Position numbers and translations under genes: made by a program
In this document: positions 31,377-41,604 of the stretch, piece by piece
Position numbering within the stretch: position 1 is the stretch's first letter
How the letters are laid out: every line of letters starts with the position of its first letter
Assembly: GCA_938003885.1 (NCBI GenBank)
Contig: CALKWT010000185.1
Coordinates: 4,570 to 68,569 of the forward strand
Direction of reading: 5' to 3'
From: an uncultured Balneolaceae bacterium
GTDB taxonomy: Bacteria > Bacteroidota > Rhodothermia > Balneolales > Balneolaceae
DNA length: 64,000 bases
The notes under the pieces: model-generated
Database searches by the model: none
What the model was told of the DNA's origin: nothing
The model's input: only the letters and a program-made list of their open reading frames with translations

Positions 31377-32105
31377 ATGGTGAAAGAAATCTTTAAAGAT
31401 CAGACAGAAGCGAGCCGTGCAATGGCCGAAAGATTTGTCACTCTTGCGCAGGAAGCTGTAAAGGATCGCAACAGATTTACCGTGGCCCTCGCAGGTGGAA
31501 GTTCAGTGCAGGTCCTATACGAAATGCTGCGGTCTGATTCCTATAGAGATCGGATTCCCTGGAATAAATCCCATGTATTCTGGGGAGATGAACGGGCGGT
31601 TCCTCTTGAAGATGCGCTTAGTAACGCAAAAATGGCCTATGAAAAGCTGCTAAATCATGTCCCGATACCCCATGATCAGATTCATCGTATGAAGGGAGAG
31701 ATGGATCCTGGCGATGCGGCGGATGAGTACGAAGCTGTGCTGAAGCGTCACTTTGGAAATGAAGAGCCTCTGTTTGATCTGATCCTTCTCGGGATGGGGG
31801 CTGATGGCCATACAGCGTCCATCTTCCCCGGATCGGAAGCTGTCCGTGAAACAGAGCGCCTGGTAACAACCGGCTACAACAGCGAACAGGGTACACACAG
31901 GATCACTCTTACGGCGCCCCTCATTAACCAATCCCGACAGATCTTTTTTGCCGTATTCGGAGAGGGAAAAGCTGAGACTCTCAGGCAGGTGTTGGAGGGA
32001 GAATATGCTCCCGGGCAGCTTCCGGTTCAGCTGATCCGGCCTGATCAGAGTGAAGTAACATGGTTTCTGGATAAAGGGTCGGCTAAACTACTGAAGCAGC
32101 TTTGA
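31377..32105 (+). CDS. pgl: 6-phosphogluconolactonase
   Basis: ALAGGSS, FWGDER, LGMGADGHTAS and RITLT. Confidence 0.95.
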   Translation: MVKEIFKDQTEASRAMAERFVTLAQEAVKDRNRFTVALAGGSSVQVLYEMLRSDSYRDRIPWNKSHVFWGDERAVPLEDALSNAKMAYEKLLNHVPIPHDQIHRMKGEMDPGDAADEYEAVLKRHFGNEEPLFDLILLGMGADGHTASIFPGSEAVRETERLVTTGYNSEQGTHRITLTAPLINQSRQIFFAVFGEGKAETLRQVLEGEYAPGQLPVQLIRPDQSEVTWFLDKGSAKLLKQL

Positions 32106-32319
32106 GGAGCAGGTAGCTTTTACTAATATTGAACGCTATGCTGTGTCCCCTTTCCGGGGAACCAGCGGATCTTCTACGGGCCTCTGTCATCAGGGACGGG
32201 CCATGAGCCACTCCGATAATTTATCGTCCACACGATCTTTCCGGAAAGAATGCTGGAAGATTCTGAAAAATACACCCCCAAAAAACTAACTATACCCCTG
32301 GTAACTGGTCGCTTTTCTC

Positions 32320-33555
32320 ATGAACATCTTTGCCATCATCATTCTGGCAGCTATTCTTATCGAATTTGTGCTGGACATTGTATCTAACTGGCTCAATCTG
32401 AAAGCCCTGAGCCCCAAGCTTCCGGATGAATTTAAGGAGGTGTATGATAAAGATACCTATGCAACATCTCAGGAATACACCCGGGTAAATACAAAATTCG
32501 GATTTATCACAGGCACCTTTGATCTGATTCTGCTTCTTCTATTCTGGTTCGCTGGTGGGTTCAACTGGCTCGATCAGTGGGCACGGGCATTCGATTTTGG
32601 AGTCATCGGTACCGGATTGATATTTATTGGCGCACTTTCGATCGGAAAAATGGTTCTCTCCCTGCCATTTGGCATCTACTCTACATTTGTTATAGAGGAG
32701 CGATTCGGGTTCAATAAAACGACAGTTAAAACATACATTACCGATATGCTGAAAGGGCTGCTGCTTTCTGCACTTATCGGAGCACCTCTGCTTGCTGGAA
32801 TTATCGCTTTTTTTGAATATGGCGGTACCTGGGCATGGGCATATGCCTGGCTCGCTGTTACCCTTTTCTCTTTAGCCATACAGTACATCGCACCCACCTG
32901 GATCATGCCTCTTTTCAATACATTTGAACCATTGGAAGATGGTGAACTTCGTAAGGCGATCGAGTCGTATGCCGATAAGGTGGACTTCCCTCTTCAAGGC
33001 ATTTATGTAATGGACGGATCCAAAAGGTCCGCTAAATCGAACGCCTTCTTCACCGGTTTTGGCAAGAACAAACGAATCGCTCTTTTCGATACTCTGATCA
33101 AAAATCATACAACCGAGGAGCTTGTTGCTGTGCTGGCTCACGAAATCGGACACTTTAAGAAAAAACATATCGTGAAAAATATGGGTGTAAGCATCTTGCA
33201 CACGGCAGTAATGTTCGGGCTGCTTTCTGTTTTTCTGCAGGTTCCCGCACTTTTTGATGCATTTTTTATGGAAGAGATGAGTGTATATGCCGGACTCCTC
33301 TTTTTCGGATTGCTTTATTCTCCTGTTGAAACGATTCTGGGAATTTTCATGCAGGTAACCAGCCGTAAATATGAGTATGAAGCGGATGAATATGCGGCTA
33401 AAACAATCTCTGAACCGGAAGAGATGGTGGATGTACTGAAGAAACTCTCGAAGGATAACCTCAGCAACTTGACCCCGCATCCATTCTATGTGTTTTTAAA
33501 CTATTCACATCCACCCGTATTAAAAAGAATTGAGAGAATCCGGATGGGGCAGTGA
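32320..33555 (+). CDS. M48 family (Ste24-like) integral-membrane zinc metalloprotease
   Basis: Multiple TM segments, SNAFFTGFG, LAHEIGH, EYEADEYA and YSHPP. Confidence 0.93.
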   Translation: MNIFAIIILAAILIEFVLDIVSNWLNLKALSPKLPDEFKEVYDKDTYATSQEYTRVNTKFGFITGTFDLILLLLFWFAGGFNWLDQWARAFDFGVIGTGLIFIGALSIGKMVLSLPFGIYSTFVIEERFGFNKTTVKTYITDMLKGLLLSALIGAPLLAGIIAFFEYGGTWAWAYAWLAVTLFSLAIQYIAPTWIMPLFNTFEPLEDGELRKAIESYADKVDFPLQGIYVMDGSKRSAKSNAFFTGFGKNKRIALFDTLIKNHTTEELVAVLAHEIGHFKKKHIVKNMGVSILHTAVMFGLLSVFLQVPALFDAFFMEEMSVYAGLLFFGLLYSPVETILGIFMQVTSRKYEYEADEYAAKTISEPEEMVDVLKKLSKDNLSNLTPHPFYVFLNYSHPPVLKRIERIRMGQ

Positions 33556-33652
33556 GACGGGGAACCGAGGGTCAGGGCGGTAATGCTTCGGATAAGAGCG
33601 TTAGAAATACGGAACACGGGTGTTACAATCCAAATCAGGCTGTTACCACCGC

Positions 33653-34012
33653 TTACTCCTCCTGATCACGATCCCTGCTTGTGTGGTTGATCACCGATTC
33701 GATGATCCAGTCCAGATATTCTTCATTCCCCTCTTGTTCAGATACATTCAGGCTCACAACACAGGGAACTTCATAAGAGTGGAGCTCTTTTACCCGCTGG
33801 GTTAACCTTCTGACATTGCTATAGGTGGTTTTACAGATCAGGATCGTCTCTTTATCTCTCTCTATTTTCCCTTTCCAGTGATATATCGACTCCATACCAG
33901 GGACGATATTCGCACATGCAGCCAGCTTCTCCTCCACCAGGGCGGATCCGATTTTACGGGCTTCTTCCAACCTTCCAGTGGTTATATAGATCATACGTAT
34001 GTTTCTGAACAT
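33653..34012 (-). CDS. cutA: Divalent-cation tolerance protein CutA
   Basis: LAACANI, SIYHWKGKIE and HSYEVPC. Start set at ATG 34012. Confidence 0.92.
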   Translation of the reverse strand: MFRNIRMIYITTGRLEEARKIGSALVEEKLAACANIVPGMESIYHWKGKIERDKETILICKTTYSNVRRLTQRVKELHSYEVPCVVSLNVSEQEGNEEYLDWIIESVINHTSRDRDQEE

Positions 34013-34153
34013 GATTGAAATGTCTGAATAAATTCGCATTTTAAAAAACATTTGCAACAAATGACACAGAAAATCAGTAATTACAGGGAAGAGTACATGC
34101 AGCAGATTCCTAGTTCAATGCATTGTTAAATTCATAATTCAGATCCGCAAACT

Positions 34154-34741
34154 ATGACCACACTTCTTATTCTTGGTGCTATCATCTTACTTCTGATATT
34201 CTGGGGGGTAGGCATCTACAACAACCTCGTCTCACTTCGCAACCGTTTCAAAAATGCATTTGCGCAGATCGATGTTCAGCTGAAACGCCGCTACGATCTG
34301 ATCCCAAACCTGGTGGAAGTTGCCAAAACCTACATGAAACATGAACGCGAAACTCTTGAAGCGGTGATTCAGGCCAGAAATCAGGCACAGCAGGCCGAGC
34401 AGCAGGTGGCGGGCCAGCCCGACGATCCTCAGGCAATGCAAAGACTGATGGGAGCGGAGCAGGCGCTGACAGGGTCCCTTGGAAGGCTCTTCGCCTTATC
34501 GGAAAACTATCCGGATCTGAAAGCCAATCAAAACATGATGCAGCTGACGGAAGAGCTATCATCCACAGAGAATAAAATCTCTTTTGCGCGTCAGGCTTTT
34601 AATGATGCGGTTATGAATTACAACATCTACCGGGAGAAGTTTCCGAATGTGCTCTTTGCCAACGCCTTTGGATTTTTGCAGGCTCAGCAGTTCGTTATTG
34701 ATACGCCCGAAGAGCGGGAAGCTCCGAGAGTCTCTTTCTAA
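34154..34741 (+). CDS. lemA: LemA family protein
   Basis: YNNLV, IDVQLKRRYDLIPNLV, ENYPDLKANQN and ENKISFARQ. Confidence 0.95.
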   Translation: MTTLLILGAIILLLIFWGVGIYNNLVSLRNRFKNAFAQIDVQLKRRYDLIPNLVEVAKTYMKHERETLEAVIQARNQAQQAEQQVAGQPDDPQAMQRLMGAEQALTGSLGRLFALSENYPDLKANQNMMQLTEELSSTENKISFARQAFNDAVMNYNIYREKFPNVLFANAFGFLQAQQFVIDTPEEREAPRVSF

Positions 34742-34823
34742 CCTGCTAGTTCCACAGAGGTGTATCATCTCTCTGTGCCTGCCACAGAGAGTGGGTTTAT
34801 AAAATTTTTATCTGATCAGGATT

Positions 34824-36758
34824 ATGGATTTTTTTGAAGCCCAGGACCGCGCAAAAAGGCAAACCACCCGACTGGTGATTTACTATGTGCTGGCTGTTCT
34901 TGGTATCATTGGTTCGCTCTATATAATTACTCTTGTGCTGTTCTACTCACAAAGCACCCCGGAAGGAGGGATCTCTCTCTGGAACCCGGGATGGCTTCTG
35001 ACGGTATCGTCTCTGGTATTGGTTACCATACTGGCAGGCACACTCTATAGGGTGATGCAGCTGAGGAAAGGGGGCAGTGCCGTGGCTGAGATGCTCTGTG
35101 GGCGAAAGGTAAATCCCTCTACTACAGATCTGAAGGAGAGGAGATTGCTGAATGTGGTGGAGGAGATGAGCATCGCGTCCGGCATTTCTGTACCTGATAT
35201 CTATATTCTGGATCGCGAAGAGTCCATCAATGCTTTTGCCGCAGGTTATGGCATCCAGGATGCTGCTGTGGGTGTAACCCGGGGAGCACTTGAAAAACTG
35301 AACCGGGATGAGCTGCAGGGGGTGATTGCCCATGAGTTCAGTCATATTTTTAACGGGGATATGAGGTTTAATATCCGTCTTATCGGTGTACTAAACGGTA
35401 TTCTGCTTATTCATGTGATCGGGATGATAATCATGCGGAGTGTGATGTACTCCGGAGCCAGGGTTCAAAGAAGCCGGGACGGCAAGGATGGTAACGGGCA
35501 GATTGTCATCATTTTGTTGGGCCTGGCCCTGATGGTGATCGGATATATCGGCATGCTCTTTGGCCGGATGATACAGGCCGCCATCTCCCGGCAGCGGGAA
35601 TACCTGGCCGATGCGGCAGCCGTCCAATATACCCGGAATCCCGACGGACTGGCGGGGGCATTGCGGAAGATTGCCGGCCAGGAGGGCGGTAGTGAGCTTA
35701 AAAACGCTCACTCTATGGAGATGAGCCATCTTTTTTTTGCCAACAGTTTCAAAACTGCATTGAATAGCCTGTTTGCCACGCACCCTCCGATAAAGAAAAG
35801 AATTCAGGCCCTGTCGGGACACTCTTTTGATGCAGATACTCCATCAACTAGTAAGATTAGTCAGAGATTTCGAAAGGATCATATTGCAGGCCAAAAAGCC
35901 TCTCCTTCCCCGGAAGGGGTACTTTCTGGTCACGACGCATTGAAGCCGGAGGTGATTTTGGGGGCTATCGGATCGATTGGGCGGCAGGATCTGCAGCATG
36001 CGGCTTCTTTTCTCAAGGGGTTACCTGATGAGTTGCGCCGGGCTGTTCATGATCCGCTATCAGCCAGGGCCCTTGTTTTTGCAATGGTAGAGACTGCACC
36101 GCTCCATCTGGACCGGGAGTGGCTGGCTGAACGGCTGGACCGGGAAACCCTGCAGGAGATGACCCGCCTCTCGGAATTTCTGACGCCTGACAAGCAGAGA
36201 TGGTTCCTCCCGCTTGCCGAATTAGCAGTGCCTGCCCTGAGGACACTCAGCGCCGATCAGTATCAGCAATTCCGGAATACCCTCAGTGAGGTGATGCAGC
36301 AGGAGGGACTCGAAAACCTCTTTCTGTTTGCACTTGAAAAGATGGTGATCTATCACCTGGACGCCTCTTTCTCTGAAAACAAGAGGCCGGAAGAGAAGTA
36401 TCGAAAACTGGAAGAAGTCAAACACGAGTTGTCTGTTCTGCTCTCCGCCCTCTGCCAAACTTCGGGCGGAAATCCGCAAGAGGGGTGGAGTGCAGCGATG
36501 ATCCCGCTTGAAGGAGAAACTGACGTGCGGCAGCTCACCTTTCTCTCACCAGAAGATGCAAAGCTCCCGGCCGTAGATAGAGCGCTCGACAAGCTTGCAG
36601 CAACATCAAACCCGCTCAGGAAAACGGTTGTCAGTGCCGTAATCTACTGCATAACTGCCGACCAGAAAATTACAACGGCCGAGGCGGAGCTTACAAGAGC
36701 CATTTCGGAAGTGTTGGGAGTTCCGGTTCCCATAGGTGTTGTCCGGGCAGCTATATAG
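34824..36758 (+). CDS. M48/HtpX-like metalloprotease with C-terminal TerB-like extension
   Basis: INAFAAG, IAHEFSH, REYLADA and ATHPP; follows lemA. Confidence 0.9.
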   Translation: MDFFEAQDRAKRQTTRLVIYYVLAVLGIIGSLYIITLVLFYSQSTPEGGISLWNPGWLLTVSSLVLVTILAGTLYRVMQLRKGGSAVAEMLCGRKVNPSTTDLKERRLLNVVEEMSIASGISVPDIYILDREESINAFAAGYGIQDAAVGVTRGALEKLNRDELQGVIAHEFSHIFNGDMRFNIRLIGVLNGILLIHVIGMIIMRSVMYSGARVQRSRDGKDGNGQIVIILLGLALMVIGYIGMLFGRMIQAAISRQREYLADAAAVQYTRNPDGLAGALRKIAGQEGGSELKNAHSMEMSHLFFANSFKTALNSLFATHPPIKKRIQALSGHSFDADTPSTSKISQRFRKDHIAGQKASPSPEGVLSGHDALKPEVILGAIGSIGRQDLQHAASFLKGLPDELRRAVHDPLSARALVFAMVETAPLHLDREWLAERLDRETLQEMTRLSEFLTPDKQRWFLPLAELAVPALRTLSADQYQQFRNTLSEVMQQEGLENLFLFALEKMVIYHLDASFSENKRPEEKYRKLEEVKHELSVLLSALCQTSGGNPQEGWSAAMIPLEGETDVRQLTFLSPEDAKLPAVDRALDKLAATSNPLRKTVVSAVIYCITADQKITTAEAELTRAISEVLGVPVPIGVVRAAI

Positions 36759-36770
36759 AAACCTGGCATG

Positions 36771-37343
36771 TCAGGGGTCAGGCAACTGAGGTTCCGGGTT
36801 GAAATACTCTTGTCGTGGAACTATTGGAACTTCGTACTCTTCAAAAAAACCGAACCCAAGGAAAGGTGCGATCCGGGCCAGTTTCTGCAGAAAGGAGTTC
36901 TGCTCTTTAAATGTTTCCTGAAGTATCGCTGCCAGGCGCATATTGATCCCATGGACCCATTCAGGGCCGTATGGGTTGTATCGCTCCTCTTCCCTCATCA
37001 TAAAGTCCCCAATCGTGGCGCTTCTGAGCCGGTTATGAAAGGTATACCTTCCCTCAACTCCTGAAAGGGAATATCTGTTGATGTTTGTTTCATCAAACGA
37101 AGAGTGATAGGGAATACGCAGGATGTTATTGTAGGTCCCGGCAGGTGGTGGGGTCTGAATTTCTCTCTCGGCCCGGGTGGTATCTTCCGAAACCTGGGCA
37201 AGGGAGTCTGAAATAAAACCTGTAAAGAGAAATGTTATCGGGATAAAGAGTAGGACGAGGCCTGTCCGGATCAGGGGTCGCAGGGGCGGACCGTCTGCCT
37301 CCTTGCAAGAGAGAGGATATGTAGCGAAAAGTATATCAAACAT
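36771..37343 (-). CDS. Hypothetical secreted protein
   Basis: Hydrophobic signal-like segment ending LAQ. No family recognised; start uncertain. Confidence 0.55.
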   Translation of the reverse strand: MFDILFATYPLSCKEADGPPLRPLIRTGLVLLFIPITFLFTGFISDSLAQVSEDTTRAEREIQTPPPAGTYNNILRIPYHSSFDETNINRYSLSGVEGRYTFHNRLRSATIGDFMMREEERYNPYGPEWVHGINMRLAAILQETFKEQNSFLQKLARIAPFLGFGFFEEYEVPIVPRQEYFNPEPQLPDP

Positions 37344-37512
37344 CGTTCTAACTAATCCGTTTCAGGGCTTACGCAGAAGGGTTGCCTCCCGGTTGCTCCA
37401 TTCAGGAGGAGTTTTCAATCTCCATTCCGGGTCGTGATAACGGTCCGGAGTTCCTGCTATTTTATAACCTTTTCATATATAGTAAACGGAAAATTATTAT
37501 TATCCAATTGAT

Positions 37513-37986
37513 ATGGAAACATTGCTGATCATTCTCGGAGCTCTTTTTATTCTGGCGGGTATAGCCGGGGCATTCCTGCCTTTGATTCCCGGTCCGCCCT
37601 TAAGTTATATTGGGCTGCTTATAGTACACTTTACAAAAGGAGGGCTCTTCAGTTTAACGTTCCTGCTTATATGGCTGGTGATTTGCATTGTCGTGGTTAC
37701 GCTGGACGGTTTTGTTCCTGCAGAAGGGGCACGTCGCATGGGAGGAAGTAAAAAAGGGATTTATGGAGCTTTGATCGGTGCTATTGCAGGGGTTATATTT
37801 CTTCCACCGGTTGGAATCATCTTCGCCCCTATTGCAGGTGCTTTTATCGGAGAGATGTTTACAGGAAGAGGTACCCGATCCGCATTGAGGTCAGCACTGG
37901 GATCGCTGGCCGGTTATTTGGTCACCATCGTCATGAAGTTTGCTGTGGCTTCGATGATGGCCTACTACTTTTTCACAAATCTATAA
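37513..37986 (+). CDS. DUF456 family membrane protein
   Basis: LPLIPGPPL, MGGSKKG..GA and GAFIGE. Confidence 0.88.
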   Translation: METLLIILGALFILAGIAGAFLPLIPGPPLSYIGLLIVHFTKGGLFSLTFLLIWLVICIVVVTLDGFVPAEGARRMGGSKKGIYGALIGAIAGVIFLPPVGIIFAPIAGAFIGEMFTGRGTRSALRSALGSLAGYLVTIVMKFAVASMMAYYFFTNL

Positions 37987-38041
37987 TCACACAAATTTGA
38001 AAGGAAAGAGCATGCAGGAGGAGGGTGAAATCATAAAATAG

Positions 38042-38074
38042 AAAAGCCGGTTTACCCCTTTGGGACAAACCGGC
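38042..38074 (-). terminator. Probable intrinsic terminator of pfk
   Basis: GCCGGTTT...AAACCGGC preceded by AAAA. Confidence 0.6.
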
Positions 38075-38104
38075 CACTTTCCTGAGTTTCGGTACTCAAT
38101 CTGT

Positions 38105-39316
38105 TTATGCGACGATCTGACTGGCCATGATAAAGAGTGGCTGTCCTTCGAATACGTTATAAAGAGGTCGCAGACGCTCTCTGCTGTAGAACTTGTCTAC
38201 ATCGACAACTTTACTGGTACTCGTCACGACATCGATGGGCAGATCACCATACCGTCCGTTATTTAATACGACAAGACGGCCAAACTCACCCCTCAGGATC
38301 AGATCCAGTGCAATGTTACCGAACGCCATAGGTGCAATGCTGTCCACAGCATCAGGATTACCACCCCGGATCGTGTAGCCGAGCCTCTGGTTGATCACAT
38401 TGATGGGCCTGCCGTTGTTAAATTTGGCAGAACGCTTTTTCAGTTCCGCACCAACAATCTCACCAATTCCGCCCAGCTTTTTGTGTCCGTAGGCATCCGC
38501 TTCATCATCAGAAAAGATCATGTCCTGGCCTTCAATCATGGCTCCTTCAGAGATCATCACGCTGGAGTAGTTGCTTGAATTTCTCTTGCGGTCTTCCACC
38601 AACAGCTCTGTAATATGATCCAGATCAAACTTGTGCTCCGGAATCAGGCAACGATCTGCCGCACCAGCCAGTGTCGGTAACATGGCGGTGAAGCCTGCGT
38701 AGCGCCCAAAAACTTCCATCACAAGAAATCTCTCGTGAGAACCGGTCGGCGTCCTGAGATCGTGCGCAAGCTGTATGGTTCGTGAAATACAGGTGCTGAA
38801 TCCGATACAGTAGTCTGTACCAGGAACGTCATTATCCATGGTTTTGGGTATAGCCACAACCTTGAAGCCCTCTTGGTGGAGCCGTACACCGTAGCTAAGT
38901 GTATCGTCGCCCCCGATCGGGATCATGACGTCGATGTTAAGGAAATCCAGGTTTTTTAAAACTTCCTCTGTAAGGTCATTTACATCATCGGTATACTTGT
39001 CCCGATACTGTTCGGGCAGATCTTCCTTTGCAACCTTGCTGGGGTTTGTCCGGGAAGTATGGAGAAAGGTTCCTCCGGTACGGGCGGCCTTCGCGACCAC
39101 CTCTTCTGTGAGTTCAATATAATTGTTGCTGTTATCAGCATTCTTATCCCGGACGATATCTATCATTCCACCCCAGCCGCGCCGGATTCCAATTACTTTA
39201 TAACCTTCACGTATAGCCCGGATTGCAACTCCCCTGATTGCCGGGTTTAGCCCCGGGACATCTCCACCACCGGTTAAAATTCCAATAACTCCTTTAATCT
39301 CATTAATATTCGCCAT
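38105..39316 (-). CDS. pfkA: 6-phosphofructokinase with PPi-type signature
   Basis: TGGGDVPGLN, GGTFLHTSR, GGDDT, PKTMDND and EVFGR. Confidence 0.92.
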   Translation of the reverse strand: MANINEIKGVIGILTGGGDVPGLNPAIRGVAIRAIREGYKVIGIRRGWGGMIDIVRDKNADNSNNYIELTEEVVAKAARTGGTFLHTSRTNPSKVAKEDLPEQYRDKYTDDVNDLTEEVLKNLDFLNIDVMIPIGGDDTLSYGVRLHQEGFKVVAIPKTMDNDVPGTDYCIGFSTCISRTIQLAHDLRTPTGSHERFLVMEVFGRYAGFTAMLPTLAGAADRCLIPEHKFDLDHITELLVEDRKRNSSNYSSVMISEGAMIEGQDMIFSDDEADAYGHKKLGGIGEIVGAELKKRSAKFNNGRPINVINQRLGYTIRGGNPDAVDSIAPMAFGNIALDLILRGEFGRLVVLNNGRYGDLPIDVVTSTSKVVDVDKFYSRERLRPLYNVFEGQPLFIMASQIVA

Positions 39317-39833
39317 AGTGTGAATTCGATCAGTTTAAAATTAGCTGTTTGCTTTTACGGTTTAACCCATTTTCTTCACATACCGGAGAGTCTCTTCTAC
39401 AGGAGGTTAAGGTTCGCAATCCTGTACATGTAATATTTTCGCATCGCTTTTAAGACTCCGGGCCGGTCAACGTGTAGTTTATCACACACTACCGTCCAGT
39501 ATGGGTTAAACCATCTTAATATAATACTATCTATTGAATTTTAGGGAACAAGGGGCTCTATTTTAACCTTAATTCATGGAAGCGATTCCATATGTAGTGG
39601 AGAAAACCCCATAGACTACACATAATTCAGCAGTTCGTTGATGATATGAACAGGGCGATTTCAGATTGGAATGAAAGCGTCTGGTTTTGGGCAATTGGAG
39701 GTCCGATGGTATTTCAAAGAGAGGGGTGCATGAAAAGCGTGCAAAGGTTATCATAGGGTTCGGGGTGTCTGAACATCCCGGGAGGTTAACTATATGATGG
39801 AACTATTCGGCCATCTAAACCATACAGCTATTT

Positions 39834-40760
39834 ATGATCGATGAAATCATTATTGCCGGGGCAACGGCTACCGGAAAGACTGAACTCTCAATTGAACTTG
39901 CAAAAAAAATTGGCGGAGAGATCATATCTGTCGATTCCAGGCAATGTTACAAACGTCTCAATATTGGAACCGCTAAACCGGACTCAAAGCTGCTGGAAGA
40001 GGTAACCCACCACAATGTATCTGTACTGGATCTTCGGGAGCACGATTCGGCAGCACTTTTCTACAAGAGAGCGATGCAATACAGGGATGAAATTAAGTCC
40101 CGGGGTAAAAAGGTGATCTATTGCGGAGGCAGCACACTTCACTTACAATCACTGCTTCAGCCCCTCGATGACCTTCCATCAGCTGATGAAAACAATCTTG
40201 TCAGGCTTGCGGAGATGGAAAAGCAGGGAGGATTGCCAAAGCTGTTTGAGCTACTTCAGAAGAAGGATCCGGAATACGCCGGGAGAATGGATGGGTTGAA
40301 CCGACAGCGGATTTTTCGGGCACTGGATGTCTGGATGCAGACAGGCAAGCCCTTCAGTTCCTTTCATCTTCAGAGATCTGCCAGCCTCCCTGAAAATATG
40401 ACTCTCTTCACCCTACACCGGCCTAGAAAGGAGCTACATAAACGCATTAACCACCGAACTGACCAGATGCTTGAGATGGGGTTTATTGAGGAAGTGAAAG
40501 GGATCCTGGCAGATGGCTACAGCCCCCGGCTGCAATCCCTGCAAACCGTCGGTTACCGCGAAGCCATTGCGTATCTGAATGGAGAGATAAGCAGAGCAGA
40601 GATGGTTGAAAAGATGAAAACGTCCACCCGAAGATATGCCAAAAGACAGATCACATGGATGAAACGCTGGCCATTTGCCATACCTCTGAATGTCCATCGA
40701 AAACCTCTTGAGGAGATCATCGATTCGGTCCTGCGCGTTGTAAGAGAAGGGGGGCTTTGA
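39834..40760 (+). CDS. miaA: tRNA dimethylallyltransferase
   Basis: GATATGKT, SVDSRQ, IGTAKP, VGYRE and TRRYAKRQITW. Confidence 0.97.
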   Translation: MIDEIIIAGATATGKTELSIELAKKIGGEIISVDSRQCYKRLNIGTAKPDSKLLEEVTHHNVSVLDLREHDSAALFYKRAMQYRDEIKSRGKKVIYCGGSTLHLQSLLQPLDDLPSADENNLVRLAEMEKQGGLPKLFELLQKKDPEYAGRMDGLNRQRIFRALDVWMQTGKPFSSFHLQRSASLPENMTLFTLHRPRKELHKRINHRTDQMLEMGFIEEVKGILADGYSPRLQSLQTVGYREAIAYLNGEISRAEMVEKMKTSTRRYAKRQITWMKRWPFAIPLNVHRKPLEEIIDSVLRVVREGGL

Positions 40761-41050
40761 GCTGTTAAGAAAAAAGGCCACATCAGGATAATTATGATCC
40801 GGCAGAAGGGTGTGCACTATGAACCCGGGAACTAACTTCACCCAAAATTATTAAAGGGGAGAGCAGCAAGGTCTGATTCTGAGTCATTACCGAACCGGTG
40901 AAAGCCGCGGGATCATCCCTGCTTCAACTGAAGAAATATCCAACTGTAATCCCGGACAAACATAAACAGGCAGGCACTACCAGAGCCGCAATTTCCGGGC
41001 TACTTTCTGAATATCAGATCTTTAATACGTTCAAATAATCATTATATGTT

Positions 41051-41530
41051 ATGAAAAGATATCTAGCACTATTCGTTTTAATGGCAGGTTTAGCGATCCT
41101 GAACACAGATGCAGCAGAAGCTCAGGTAAAGGCAGGTGTCGGGATGGCCTTTGGGAGCGATATTGAACAGATTGGGATCCAGGGAGATATCCATTACCGC
41201 ATGTTAAACCGCCCTGCACTGCAGTTTGGCGGGGGCCTCATTTACTATTTCCCGAAAGATAACCATAACTTTATGGAATTGAATGCGAATGCGGGGTATA
41301 TATTTTATGAAGAGTTTATGTTTAAATCGTACGCATATACAGGTTTGAACTATGCCCGCTCTAAAGTAGATACTGGAAATGAGTCGTTAAAAGACAGTGC
41401 GATAGGATTAAATCTGGGTCTGGGTGCAGAGTATGACTTTGGAGGCATTCTGGCATTCGGAGATCTGAAATATGTGATCAGTGAGTTCGATCAACCGGTA
41501 TTTTCCATCGGGTTAAGACTCCCTTTTTAA
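41051..41530 (+). CDS. Small outer-membrane beta-barrel protein
   Basis: Signal peptide (AEAQ), about 8 amphipathic strands, C-terminal Phe (IGLRLPF). Confidence 0.8.
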   Translation: MKRYLALFVLMAGLAILNTDAAEAQVKAGVGMAFGSDIEQIGIQGDIHYRMLNRPALQFGGGLIYYFPKDNHNFMELNANAGYIFYEEFMFKSYAYTGLNYARSKVDTGNESLKDSAIGLNLGLGAEYDFGGILAFGDLKYVISEFDQPVFSIGLRLPF

Positions 41531-41604
41531 CACGTGCTGTAGTCACACGCCCTGCAAGAGAGCCGCGCCAACGCAACATGGAGTGCCTGAGCCGTACGTT
41601 GCGC

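Noticed and set aside
32185-32265. SAM-I-like fragments (AGGGACGGGCCATGAGCC ... CTGGAAGAT)
   Set aside because: Missing ATCNAGAG, GCAACC and GTGCNAANTCC, and it lies upstream of a protease.
40855-40960. Fragments reminiscent of TPP or cobalamin riboswitches (CTGAG..ATTACC GAACCGGTGAAAGCCG..CCCTGC..ACTG)
   Set aside because: Lacks the TPP GAACCTGAT/TAAT..AGGGA core and the cobalamin AGGGAA and B12-box. The downstream gene is a small barrel, not a cofactor gene. An Rfam scan would settle it.
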